This document shows, in pieces, positions 7,212 through 16,739 of a stretch of 32,000 nucleotides of DNA (position 1 is the stretch's first letter; every line of letters starts with the position of its first letter). Source of the DNA: Micromonas sp. (lineage: Eukaryota); assembly GCA_000090985.2 (NCBI GenBank), contig CP001331.1:536786-568785 (forward strand). The letters are read 5' to 3'. The notes beneath the pieces were generated by a model. It had not been told where the DNA came from. It saw only the letters and a list, made by a program, of their open reading frames with translations, and searched no databases. The position numbers and the translations under genes are program-made.

Positions 7212-9446
7212 ATGCCGCGGGGTCGAGGCGAGGAGCGCGCGGCTTTGACCCGAGAGGTCCGGGATGCGTTCGCGCGGCTCACCCGGCAGGGTCTTGATCC
7301 CAACGACGCGGCGGCGCTCGCGCTGAAGCTCGCGGCGGGCATCGCGGAGTGGCCGCTCGACGTGCCCGCGTTCCTCGGAGCCGTCCAGCGGTGCAAGGAC
7401 GCATCGCTCCGCTCGGGGGAGAAGCTTTCGGAGCACCTCGGCGTGAGCGACGCCATCGAGCGCGTCTTCTCCAGCGCGGATGCGCTCAACTCTAGCTTCA
7501 TCGCGCCGTCGGAGCGTCGAGAAAGAAGCGACGGCGTCGGCGAAGACGACGGCGGCGACGACGACTCGCTCTCGTCGGAGGAGACAAATCCGCCGCTAGA
7601 TCCCGCGACGAGACGGGTGAGGGACGCGCTCAAGCTTGACTTCGACGAGCTCCTAGACGTGTACCAAGCCGTCGAATCGCTCGGATCGCTGTTCGTCGGC
7701 ATCCTCCTCGCGTCGTTCGCGCGGCTGCTGGAATCGTTGGGCGACGGTCCCACCGCGTGGTCGCGCGCCGGGCACTCCCTGATACGCCTCGTGCTGATCT
7801 TGCTCGAGTGCCCGGCGCTCATCGAACCCGCGCACTTTGACGTCCTCGGCTCGTTGCTCAAGCTCGCGGCGTCGCTGCCGTGCAGCGCGAAGGACGCGTT
7901 CGTGCGTTGCGTCCGGGCGTGTTACACGCGCGAGCGGTTCACGCGGACCCTAGCGGTGGTCCAGCAGTTTGTCACCGTGAGGGTGTACGAGTCCCGTCGC
8001 CACAGCTGTGTCGACGTGGCGTTGGAACACGCCACTTCGTTTCTTCGAGTGCTGTGGCTCGCGAACGAGGCTGGGGGTGCCGAGAGGGGTGCCGAGACGG
8101 ATGCCGATGGGAGACCGTACGCGTTCGTGCCGCTCGCGGACTTTCGCGTGGACGCGGTGAACGGCGAAGGCTTCGACGCGAGGGAGGACTACCGCAGGTG
8201 GCGGCGGCCCGACCTGTTCACGTTTTCATTCTGCGATTTTCCCTTTGTCTACGACCAGGTGGCCAAGGCTAGGATACTGCAGCTGGAATCGGCGATGTTA
8301 CAGGCGCACGTGTTCGAGCACTACGCGCTTGGTTCGCCGTTCGATCGCGCCGACGCGTGCGCCGTGTCCGACCTGGCGTGTCCGTACCTGAAGCTCGACG
8401 TGAGGCGGGACTGCCTGTTGGCGGATACCATGCGGCAGCTCGCGTATCACGTTCGCTGCGGCGACATCCGTAAGCCGTTACGCGTCCGTTTCGTGGGTGA
8501 AGAGGGCGTCGACGAGGGGGGCGTGCAGAAGGAGTTCTTCCAGCTCATCGCGCCGGAGGTGTTCAGCAAGCGCGTGGGATTCGAGTGGGACGACGAGACG
8601 AATTGTTGCTGGTTCGCCAAGGGTAAGCAGCCGTGGGCCGAGTACGAGCTGGCGGGCGTCATCGTTGGTTTGGCTGTGTACAACGGTCACGTTCTGGACC
8701 TCAGGTTACCGAAAGCGGCGTACAAGAAACTCACGGGCGAGAGGGTCGGGCTCGCCGACCTGCGCGACGTCGCGCCGTGGCACCACAACGCCGCGCTGTG
8801 CCTCCTTCGGTGCGAGAACGAAGACGAGTGCGCGAGCTTCGGTTTCTCCTTCTCCGCGTCGTACGTCGATGACGTGAGCGGCGAGACGGAGTGCGTGGAT
8901 TTGCTCCCCCCGTGCGGCGAAGAGACGCGCGTGACGATGGCGAACAGGACAGAGTACGTTCACAGGTACGCGGAGTGGTACCTCGTCGACTCGGTCGCCG
9001 CGCAGTTTGACGCGTTTCGAGTTGGCTTTGAGCGCCTCTGCTCCGGTTCGTGCGTTTCGATGTTTCGTTCGGACGAGTTGGAGTCGGTCATCGTCGGCGC
9101 GCCGAGTTTGGACTTTCGCGCGCTGCAGGCGAACTGCTCGTACGAGGACGGCCTGTTGGTCGACTCCGACCTGTCGCGGTGGTTCTGGGACGTGGTGCAC
9201 CTCGATTTGACGGCGCATCAGCGAAGGCGGCTGCTGTGTTTCGTCACCGGCTGCGACAGGGCTCCGGTTGCCGGGCTAGGTTCGGTTCGTCTGGCGTTGA
9301 GCGTCAACGGAAGCGACGACGCTCGTTTACCCACGGCGCACACGTGCTTCAACCACCTGATGCTGCCGAGGTACTCGTGCCGCGAAGTTCTGAGGGAGAG
9401 GCTGACGACGGCGATCGAGAACGCCGAAGGCTTCGGGCTGCAGTAG
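7212..9446 (+). CDS. HECT-domain E3 ubiquitin-protein ligase
   Basis: C-terminal HECT domain: VRFVGEEGVDEGGVQKEFFQL ... LPTAHTCFNHLMLPRYSCREVLRERLTTAIENAEGFGLQ, with the catalytic Cys in AHTCFN. Confidence 0.9.
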   Translation: MPRGRGEERAALTREVRDAFARLTRQGLDPNDAAALALKLAAGIAEWPLDVPAFLGAVQRCKDASLRSGEKLSEHLGVSDAIERVFSSADALNSSFIAPSERRERSDGVGEDDGGDDDSLSSEETNPPLDPATRRVRDALKLDFDELLDVYQAVESLGSLFVGILLASFARLLESLGDGPTAWSRAGHSLIRLVLILLECPALIEPAHFDVLGSLLKLAASLPCSAKDAFVRCVRACYTRERFTRTLAVVQQFVTVRVYESRRHSCVDVALEHATSFLRVLWLANEAGGAERGAETDADGRPYAFVPLADFRVDAVNGEGFDAREDYRRWRRPDLFTFSFCDFPFVYDQVAKARILQLESAMLQAHVFEHYALGSPFDRADACAVSDLACPYLKLDVRRDCLLADTMRQLAYHVRCGDIRKPLRVRFVGEEGVDEGGVQKEFFQLIAPEVFSKRVGFEWDDETNCCWFAKGKQPWAEYELAGVIVGLAVYNGHVLDLRLPKAAYKKLTGERVGLADLRDVAPWHHNAALCLLRCENEDECASFGFSFSASYVDDVSGETECVDLLPPCGEETRVTMANRTEYVHRYAEWYLVDSVAAQFDAFRVGFERLCSGSCVSMFRSDELESVIVGAPSLDFRALQANCSYEDGLLVDSDLSRWFWDVVHLDLTAHQRRRLLCFVTGCDRAPVAGLGSVRLALSVNGSDDARLPTAHTCFNHLMLPRYSCREVLRERLTTAIENAEGFGLQ

Positions 9447-9580
9447 CGTTTTCAACTTCCTCACTCAGACGTCCCTTTTCATTGATGCGGACTGAGACCC
9501 GCGGAGACCTCTCGACTGCTCGACGATCACTCTCAGATCACTTACTCTCTTCACGCCTTGGTGCGCGCCCGAGCGACAAC

Positions 9581-10171
9581 ATGGACGAGGAAGACTGGTC
9601 CAGCGACGACGATGCGGAGATCACCCGCGGCAGGAAGCGCGCCGCGGCGTCCGAAGGCAGCGAGGTGCGCCCCGCACGCGCCAGCCAACCGCGCGATTGG
9701 CCGCCGGATTACCCTAAAATTCCTTAAGATCGCGCCGAGCGGAGCCCGCCGACCCGCGCCTCTCCATGCGACCGCACGACGCTGACCACGCGGAGCACCC
9801 CCCCGCATCATCCCAACTCCAACAGGACGATGACGACGCCGAGGACCCCAACGATCCCTACGGCGATGGCTTCGGCGACGACCTCATGGGCGACGACGAC
9901 GATCGAGCGCGTCTCGCGGGCATGACGGAGCTCGAGCGCGAGGAGATCTTAGCCGACCGCAGGGACGCGCGCGCCAAGATCCAGGACCGCAAGCGGATCA
10001 TCCAGATGGCCCGCGAGAAGAAGGAGCGCGAGGCGGGGGGCAAGAAGAAGTTCAAGCCCTCCGACGTGCGCAAGAAGACGCTCGAGGATGCCAAGGGTAA
10101 ATCGTCGCGCGCGCAGGCGCTGGCGGATATCGCGAAGAAGAAGGACGCGTCCAGGCGCCGACGCGTGGACC

Positions 10172-10203
<32 letters not shown>

Positions 10204-11556
10204 TACGGCTCGGACGACGACGTCTCCCTCGAGGACGAGGAACTCACCGGCATCCTCCCCCAGCGGGAGAAGCGAGCCCCGCGATCGAGAAAAACTGCGG
10301 CCGATTCCGAGGATGACTACTCGGACGACGACGACGAGGAGGGCGGCGGCGACCGCGTCCCGGCGTCGGAGATTCAGATCATGTCCATCGTCCTCACCAG
10401 GGACACGCTGTCGCGGTGGATCACCGAACCTTTCGTCGAGACGTGCGCGCCGGGCTGCTTTGTTCGCATCAGCGTCGGCGTGAACAGGCACACGGGCGAG
10501 AATAAGTACGCTCTCGGCGAGATTGTCGGCGTCGCGGAGGGCAAGCACAAGGCGTACAACCTCAAGGAGTACGAGTACCCGCACAAGGGGAGCGGGAAGT
10601 GGACGAACAAGTGGCTCCTGCTGCGGTACGGCCGCGACGAGCGCGCGTTTATGATTGCGGAGGTTTCCAACTCGCCGGTGACGGACGCGGAATACGGGGC
10701 GTGGAGGGCGCAGCTGGAGAAGGACGGGGTGAAGTTCCCGCAGCTCAGGGACATCAACGCGGCGCAGTCCAACATCAAGGCCGCGCAGGACTACCGGTAC
10801 ACGTCCGAGGATATCCAGAAGATGCTCAGCAAGCGAGCGGAGAAGAGGTTGGGGCTGCAACAAAACCTGGCGTCTCAGAAGGAGAACATTCGCCGCCTGA
10901 TCGAGCGCGCGAAGATGGACGGCGACGACGAGGCGGTCGCCAACCTCGAGGAGCAGATGGCGCAGGTCATGGAGAAGCTCAAGGTGCGGCTGGACAAGGG
11001 CGGAACCGCGGAGATGATGGCGGCGATCAACAAGAAGAACAACGCCGTCAACGACGCGAACTTGTCCCGCATCGCGTCCGAGCAGGTGGCGCGCGCCAAG
11101 AGCGGCGCAGCCGATCAGAGCGCCAACGACCCGTTCAGCCGCCGCCCCACCAAGGCGGCCACCTACTACGCCATCGGGAAAGGGAAGGAGGAGGGGGCGG
11201 AGGAAGGGGAGGCAAAGCCGAAGACTCCCGCGGCGGTGAAGACCTCGGGGGGCGGGAAAGACGCAGCGCGGGCTCCGAAGACGCCGAGGGCTGGGCTCAA
11301 CTCGTACAGCGTCGCGGCGCGGGTGAAGCGCGACGTGATCGTCAGGGCGCACGACGTCGACGTGAGCGTGCACCCCGCGCTCGCGGGTGGCGAGGATCCG
11401 ATGTTGTCGAAGGGTCTGCGGAAGGGCCTCATTCCGGTGCTGAGGCGCGCGATGCTCGGCGGGCGCGGGTTGCTCGCGGCGGACACGCGCGCCGCGCCGG
11501 TGAAGACGTTGTCGCTGCACGAGTACAAGGCGAGGCTCGACCAGATGGACGAGTGA
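9581..11556 (+). CDS. RTF1: RTF1-like Paf1-complex subunit (Plus3 domain); two exons, 9581..9664 and 9826..11556
   Basis: Exon 1 encodes MDEEDWSSDDDAEITRGRKRAAASEGSE and joins DDDDAEDPNDPYG... in phase 0. Plus3 domain: IVLTRDTLSRWITEPFVETCAPGCFVRISVG...YALGEIVGV...WLLLRYGRDERAFMIAEVSNSP. Confidence 0.85.
9665..9825 (+). other. Spliceosomal intron (161 nt) of the RTF1-like gene
   Basis: Donor GAG|GTGCGCC, CTGAC at 9782..9786 (39 nt before the 3' end), acceptor CCAACAG|G. Removing it joins two ORFs from different frames into one RTF1-like protein. Confidence 0.8.
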
Positions 11557-11575
11557 TGACGTGGTAGAGGAGCAT

Positions 11576-11599
11576 CGTATATTCAAACGTATATTCAAA
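11576..11599. repeat. 2 x 12 nt tandem repeat CGTATATTCAAA
   Basis: Read directly from the sequence, just downstream of the RTF1 stop codon. Confidence 0.85.
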
Positions 11600-11634
11600 C
11601 GTTTCTCGAGTGTCTCGTGCTTCGCGTCGTCGAA

Positions 11635-11794
11635 GCGAGCGTGCTGGACCTTCACGCGGTCGAACCGATACAAGCCACAATCGAGTGAGGTATGTTCGAT
11701 GCATTAGCACAAGTGCCCAACGAACATGTCTCTCTCTTGTATCGGTTCGAACGCTCAAAAAATATACCTTGAAGGTTGCTTCCAGCACGCTCGC
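11635..11794. repeat. 160-nt composite inverted repeat (long imperfect hairpin) in a convergent-gene spacer
   Basis: Complementary arms: 11635..11648 with 11781..11794 (14 bp), 11649..11654 with 11770..11775 (6 bp), 11660..11674 with 11736..11750 (15 bp), and 11692..11698 with 11721..11727 (7 bp). I checked each pair base by base. Confidence 0.85.
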
Positions 11795-11844
11795 GGACGC
11801 CGCCAATCACGTTGTGCATAGCGCGTTCCCTCGTTCGTCCACGC

Positions 11845-12477
11845 TCACGGCCTCCACTTGAACGGGTACTTCACCCCGGTGTCCGACCCGGCGTCGTTCA
11901 ACATCTCCTGGAAGTCCTCCAGCAGCGCGTGCACCCCGGGCTCGGTGAATTCCTCGTCCGCGCCGAGGTCCGCGGCGGCGTTTTCTCCGAGGAGCTTCTT
12001 CCACGACGCCGCGAGTTTCTTGCACGCGGACTGCATCTCGTCCCCGTCGCCCCAACACTCGTTGTCCCTCGACCACGTGTCCTCCTGGAGCAGCGCGTAC
12101 GTCAGCATGCAGAGTCTGTCGAACTTTTGGGGCTTCGTGAGCTTGGAGGCGGTCGCCTTCTTGACTTCGCCTTCTATGCCGAACACAACTTCGTTCCCCG
12201 AGCCTGTGGTGTAGACGTGTGTGTTGTTGGAGTCGTAGGAGTCGGCGTCGGAGTCTTCGCAGCAGACGAACGCGAACGCGTGCTTCAGCGCGTCGTCGCG
12301 CTCTTGGGTGATCATCAACACCCGGACGCCCGCCATGGTCTCTTCGGTGTGGGGCGGGTGAGTGGTGGTTCCTCTCACCGCTACGGTCCCGTCGGCGCCG
12401 GTGCGCTCCATCACAGCCTTCCTCCGCTCGTGCCACGCGGTCTCCGCCGCGGATTTCGGTACGTTGCCGTCGGACAT
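11845..12477 (-). CDS. Hypothetical protein (about 210 aa)
   Basis: The track start at 12576 is GTG; the first ATG is at 12477 (MSDGNVPKSAAETAWHERRK...). Sequence composition is non-repetitive and globular-looking (...VYTTGSGNEVVFGIEGEVKKATASKLTKPQKFDRLCMLTYALLQEDTW...). GC3 bias present. I do not recognise the family. Confidence 0.55.
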   Translation of the reverse strand: MSDGNVPKSAAETAWHERRKAVMERTGADGTVAVRGTTTHPPHTEETMAGVRVLMITQERDDALKHAFAFVCCEDSDADSYDSNNTHVYTTGSGNEVVFGIEGEVKKATASKLTKPQKFDRLCMLTYALLQEDTWSRDNECWGDGDEMQSACKKLAASWKKLLGENAAADLGADEEFTEPGVHALLEDFQEMLNDAGSDTGVKYPFKWRP

Positions 12478-12613
12478 GCTTCGCGGCGCGGGATCCTCCG
12501 CCGATACCGCCGCGGCGCGCGAGTTGTGGCGCCACGACACCCCCGAGTCGTGGCTTTTTCTCGGAGGGCACCGCACAAAAGCACTTTAAAAAAATCGGGC
12601 GCGAGATCCGGCG

Positions 12614-12653
12614 TGACGTGGCAGCTGACTCGACTTTTTTCACGGAACGTCAC
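12614..12653. promoter_or_regulatory. Inverted pair of TGACGT motifs in a 386-nt bidirectional spacer
   Basis: TGACGTGG at 12614..12621 and AACGTCAC (GTGACGTT on the other strand) at about 12646..12653, between divergent ATGs at 12477 and 12864. The ACGT core resembles bZIP-type sites; function is not demonstrated. Confidence 0.35.
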
Positions 12654-12863
12654 GAGCGCGCGGGGGACACTATCCAACGCGCTCGGACACCCATCCGACC
12701 GCTCTCGATACGCGCTCGCGCCGTTCCGACCTCCGACGCGCTCCACGACCGCGACCGACGCGACCGCACCGGCCGACATCCCCAAATTCGCCCCGAACCC
12801 AAAGGCTAATTCGCCCTTCACCCGATCCGAGCCTTCTCCTCTGAAAAGTAACAAACCGACGAC

Positions 12864-13825
12864 ATGAGCTACCACCTCAACAACGGCGTTCCCCTGCAGC
12901 TCGACGGCAACGACACCGCGCCGCCCCCGCTTCCGCCCTGGCTTAAGGGCTTCCTCGTGACGTCCAAGAAGCGCGAGGACGTCGCCGCGGCGGGAAGGGA
13001 GATCGCCAACCTGTGCAACGACCTCTTCTTCAAACTCGCCTACGACGACCTCGGCGTCCCCGCGAGCATGGTCAAGCCCGGGGAGACCGAGGTCCCTTAC
13101 GATTTCGCCGAGCCCTTGCTCATCCCGGGGTGCCCCGGCAGCGTGTTCGTCGCGCTCAGGCCCGACAACAACACCGTCAACGTTCGCATGATCGCCGAAG
13201 GTGCGCCGACGGTCCCGGAACCCCCCGTGTTTCCCGAGACCTTCTTTTTTCTCCCAACCGTCGTCTTCTCCAAGCACAACACTCGTAGCTACGACATTCC
13301 GCTGACCGAGCATCCTCCCCATCGACCCGCGCAGACCTCATCGAGGAGGCGGACAAAGTCGGCGCCGCGGGATGGACCAAGACCAGCCACGTTCAGAGGC
13401 TCATCCCCGTCGAACGCGTCGCCCCCGAGGCGGACCTCGACCGGCTCGCCGCTACAATCATCGACGAGCACTTCCCCCGAGTCCGAGCCACCGACGACGT
13501 CAAGCCCGGGCACAAGCTCCCCACGTTCCGCGTGCACTACGAGGAACACAGCGCCGCGCTGCACCTGCACAAGATCGACGTGGAGAAGAAGGTCGCGGAC
13601 ATGGTCCCGTCCGATTACGAGGTTAACCTGAACGATCCGACGCTCACCATCCTCGTCTCCGTCGCCGGCGGCTCGTGCATGATGAGCGTCGTGAAAGGGT
13701 ACGCGTCGCACGAGAAATTTCACCACTTTCACATCCACTCCGCATCGGACCTGTCCCCGAAGAAGGGGACGGGGATGCCGGCGTCGTCGGTGTGGACGCA
13801 GCCCGGACGCGCGCAGGCGGCGTGA
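12864..13825 (+). CDS. THUMP domain protein, THUMPD1/Tan1-like; two exons, 12864..13200 and 13335..13825
   Basis: GFLVTSKKREDVAAAGREIANL, RLIPVE and TFRVHYEEHSAA...DPTLTILVSVAGGSCMMSVVKGY line up with the blocks I remember from THUMPD1 (GILITC.., RMLPI.., TFQIVYKSRNN...QYTVVVEIIKAVCCLSVVKDY). The two halves sit in different frames and need an intron to join. Confidence 0.75.
13201..13334 (+). other. Spliceosomal intron (134 nt) of the THUMPD1-like gene; an alternative in-phase donor lies at 13285
   Basis: Donor AAG|GTGCGCC, a pyrimidine tract (CCTTCTTTTTTCTCCC), CTGAC at 13302..13306, acceptor CGCGCAG|A. It joins in phase 1. The resulting spacing between the VFVAL and RLIPV blocks is close to the equivalent spacing in human THUMPD1. 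Confidence 0.6.
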
Positions 13826-13945
13826 ACGCCTCCGCGAGCGAGCGATAAAGCCGATGGGTCGACCGAGAAACGTCGCTTCTGACGGCGTTGTACGTGTGCG
13901 TGTAAGAGTTTACGTGAATGAATGAGTTAAACGTTACCAACCGCG

Positions 13946-15049
13946 TCATTCGCCGCCCGCCTCCACCACCACGTCGTACGTGCTGAGCTTCACAGCCATC
14001 GTCACCTCCTCGAGGTTGACGCACTCCCTCAGCTCCGTCTCGACGCTCACCAGCCCCCGCCCCGATCGCCCTTGTGCACCCGCCCCATCCGACCCGCCAA
14101 CCGGAGGGATCCACCCCGGGATCTTCGTCGGGTCCTCCATCAGCGCCATGAACCGCGCGTGGTTCTCCGGGAAACGACCGGGCGGATCCGCGAGCACGAA
14201 CCGTCCCGCGCCCCCGCGTTCGTTCCCGTCGAACAGTCGCAGCACCAGCGTCGCGATGGCGTCCACAGCCTCTGGCGTGTACAACACGTCGCACGCGAGG
14301 ACGACGTCGAATCCGCTCGGCGCGGCGTCCGGCTCGAACCAATCCACTTTCGCCGCGGAAACCGCGCACTTCGACGGGTGCGCGCGGATGTCGGAGCACG
14401 GAAACTGCGTCGGCAGCGGCGGCAGAGGCACGCCGTCCGGTTCGTTGCTCTCGCCGGTCAGCGGTGCGACGTTTTCGATTCCGTTTGCGACGCAACCCGC
14501 GAGGGAACACCACAGCGCTCGTTCCTCCCTGTCCGTCATGACCACCTCTTTCGCGCCGCACATGGCCGCCGCGATGCCGCCGAGGCCGAGGCCGCATCCC
14601 AGGTCGACGACGCGCTTGCCGCGGACGACGTCGGGGTTGGCGAAGATGGCGGCGGCGAGGGCGACGGAGCCGTGCCACAGGTCCGCCCAGTGCGGGTCGT
14701 CGTTGGGCTTTCCCAGCGCGCTGTAGACGTCCACGACGAGGTCCTCGGACTCGGGGAGCACGAGCCTCACCTTGACGCCGTCGCAGTCGCACTCGCACGC
14801 GAACATGTGCATCGGGACGTGGTCGCTCATGGGGTGCGGCAGGTCCGTCTCGATCTCCTCGAACGTGCGGTACCTAACCAGCGGATCCGCAGACTCCCAC
14901 GCCATCCTCGCGGCCGCCCGAGGGATGCCGCTCGACGACGACGACGATGGGCGTCGCGACGGGCGGTGGAGCGCGTGACGCCAGTTGGCGGTGGAGGGCG
15001 ACGGGGTCGCGCATCGCGCCGCGAAGGGCGCAGCCGCGCCGGTGGCCAT
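13946..15049 (-). CDS. Class I SAM-dependent protein-lysine methyltransferase (Methyltransf_16 / METTL21-FAM86-like)
   Basis: ADLWHGSVALAAAIFANPDVVRGKRVVDLGCGLGLGGIAAAMCGAKEVVMTD is the typical motif I region, followed by VVLACDVLY. Candidate ATGs lie at 15049 (MATGAAAP..., presequence-like) and 14905 (MAWESADP). The ATG at 15277 runs through an A10 tract and looks non-coding. Confidence 0.75.
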   Translation of the reverse strand: MATGAAAPFAARCATPSPSTANWRHALHRPSRRPSSSSSSGIPRAAARMAWESADPLVRYRTFEEIETDLPHPMSDHVPMHMFACECDCDGVKVRLVLPESEDLVVDVYSALGKPNDDPHWADLWHGSVALAAAIFANPDVVRGKRVVDLGCGLGLGGIAAAMCGAKEVVMTDREERALWCSLAGCVANGIENVAPLTGESNEPDGVPLPPLPTQFPCSDIRAHPSKCAVSAAKVDWFEPDAAPSGFDVVLACDVLYTPEAVDAIATLVLRLFDGNERGGAGRFVLADPPGRFPENHARFMALMEDPTKIPGWIPPVGGSDGAGAQGRSGRGLVSVETELRECVNLEEVTMAVKLSTYDVVVEAGGE

Positions 15050-15356
15050 CGCCTCCCGCGTCTCTCCCTGTGGCTGGCCGCCCGGTCGCGCGACTCGGCA
15101 CGCCCTATCGGCTCGTGCCGTCGCTCCTCCGGCGCGGTTGGCTCGTTTTCGGCGCGTCAGCAAAAAAAAAACGAAGCGGAGGAAATAACTCGTGCTTTCA
15201 GGGTTCATCGCGCGAAGAGACCGTGTCGTCAACGTTGGGCCGTCGGGCCGTAGATTTTCGCCCGGGGCGGACGACATTTGCCTCTGGATTCATCGCGCCG
15301 CGCCACTTCGTGAGACGCGCGCGCGCCGGTGTGGTGGTACGACCTCACGAATCGCG

Positions 15357-16685
15357 ATGGCGCAATCCCTCGCGACGATGCGCGCGACGCCCGCGCTCGA
15401 ACGCCGAGCGCTCTCCTCCCTCGGCGCGTCCTCTAGGACGTCGATTGGTGCCGTGACGCGCGCCGGAAGATTCGGCCCATCGTCGCGGGTGCCCCACGCG
15501 CGGTCGCCCCTTCGCGCGCGCGCGGGCGACCGCGACCGCGTGCCCGACGGGGACAAGAACAGCCGCTACTACTCCGAATCCGCCGCGGGCCCCGCCGAGC
15601 TCGACTCCCTCCTCGAGCTCTACCTGTCCAAGTGCCGCAGCAACGCCGCCGCCGACGCCGCGCGCGCCGCGCTCGAACGGCCCTCCGCGGAGCCGTCGCC
15701 CGCGTCGATCCCCCCGCGAGGTCCGAGCGCCGGCAAGGTTTACCTCATCGGCACCGGCCCGGGCGACCCCGGGCTCCTCACGCTGAAGGCGTACCACCTC
15801 ATGCAGACCGCCGACGTCGTCCTCTACGACCGACTCGTCTCCCCGCAGATCCTCGACCTCGTCTCCACAAACTCCACCATGCTGTACGTCGGCAAGCAAT
15901 CCGGGTACCACACCCGAACGCAGGACGAGATCGAGGCGATGATGCTCGCGTTCGCGGCGAACGGCGCGACGATCGTCAGGCTCAAGGGCGGCGACCCGCT
16001 CGTGTTCGGCAGGGGCGGCGAGGAGATGGAGGCGCTCGCCGCGCGGGGGCACGAGGTGCGCATCGTCCCCGGCATCACCGCCGCCGCGGGGGTTGGTTCG
16101 GAGCTCGGCATCCCGCTGACCCACCGAGGGGTGGCGACGTCGGTGCGGCTGCTCACGGGGCACCTGCGCGAGGGCGCCGCGAAAGAGGCGGCCAGCGGCG
16201 ACGGCAACGCGGTCGCGGACGCCGTGGACTTTGCCGTCACCAGCGCGGACCTCGACACCACGCTCGTCGTGTACATGGGCCTCGCCACGCTCCCGGCGTT
16301 GGCGGCCAAGCTGCTCGCGTCCGGCTTCCCCGCCGATACTCCCGCGGTGGCGGTGGAAAGGGGAACCACGCACCTCGAGCGGCGGGTGTTCAGCACCATC
16401 GAAAACCTCCCGGCGTCCGTCGCGACGTGCGGGTTGAAATCCCCCACGCTGCTCATCGTCGGGGCGACGGTGAAGTTGTCCCCGTGGTGGCCGTGGCGAG
16501 ACCGAGCGGGCGACGCCGTCGCTCCGCCGAGCGCTTCCCCGGCGTACGACCTTCAGACGGGTTTGCCGTCCGAGGACACGAGGGAGTGGTTCACGGAGCA
16601 CTCGCGGACGCTCGGGAAGCTCCGGGAGATGGGAAAAGGGGTCGAGGAACCCTCGGAGGAGGGAGACCCGTCGCCTGCGCGGTGA
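15357..16685 (+). CDS. UPM1: Uroporphyrinogen-III C-methyltransferase (siroheme branch) with N-terminal transit-peptide-like extension
   Basis: ATG at 15357 (MAQSLATMRATPALERR...). Core: GKVYLIGTGPGDPGLLTLKAYHLMQTADVVLYDRLVSPQILDLV ... VRLKGGDPLVFGRGGEE ... VPGITAA. Confidence 0.9.
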   Translation: MAQSLATMRATPALERRALSSLGASSRTSIGAVTRAGRFGPSSRVPHARSPLRARAGDRDRVPDGDKNSRYYSESAAGPAELDSLLELYLSKCRSNAAADAARAALERPSAEPSPASIPPRGPSAGKVYLIGTGPGDPGLLTLKAYHLMQTADVVLYDRLVSPQILDLVSTNSTMLYVGKQSGYHTRTQDEIEAMMLAFAANGATIVRLKGGDPLVFGRGGEEMEALAARGHEVRIVPGITAAAGVGSELGIPLTHRGVATSVRLLTGHLREGAAKEAASGDGNAVADAVDFAVTSADLDTTLVVYMGLATLPALAAKLLASGFPADTPAVAVERGTTHLERRVFSTIENLPASVATCGLKSPTLLIVGATVKLSPWWPWRDRAGDAVAPPSASPAYDLQTGLPSEDTREWFTEHSRTLGKLREMGKGVEEPSEEGDPSPAR

Positions 16686-16739
16686 TTGATTTGGTTTTTT
16701 TTGGTTTTTGAAAAATCTCTAGCACTACTCGTACCCTCG

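Noticed and set aside
10171-10200. A (GAC)n run and other acidic or poly-Ala/Gly trinucleotide tracts inside coding regions (RTF1, ELP4, KH protein, gene 3950..5182)
   Set aside because: These are ordinary in-frame low-complexity coding repeats (poly-Asp, poly-Gln, poly-Ala), typical of GC-rich eukaryotic genes, and are not independent elements.
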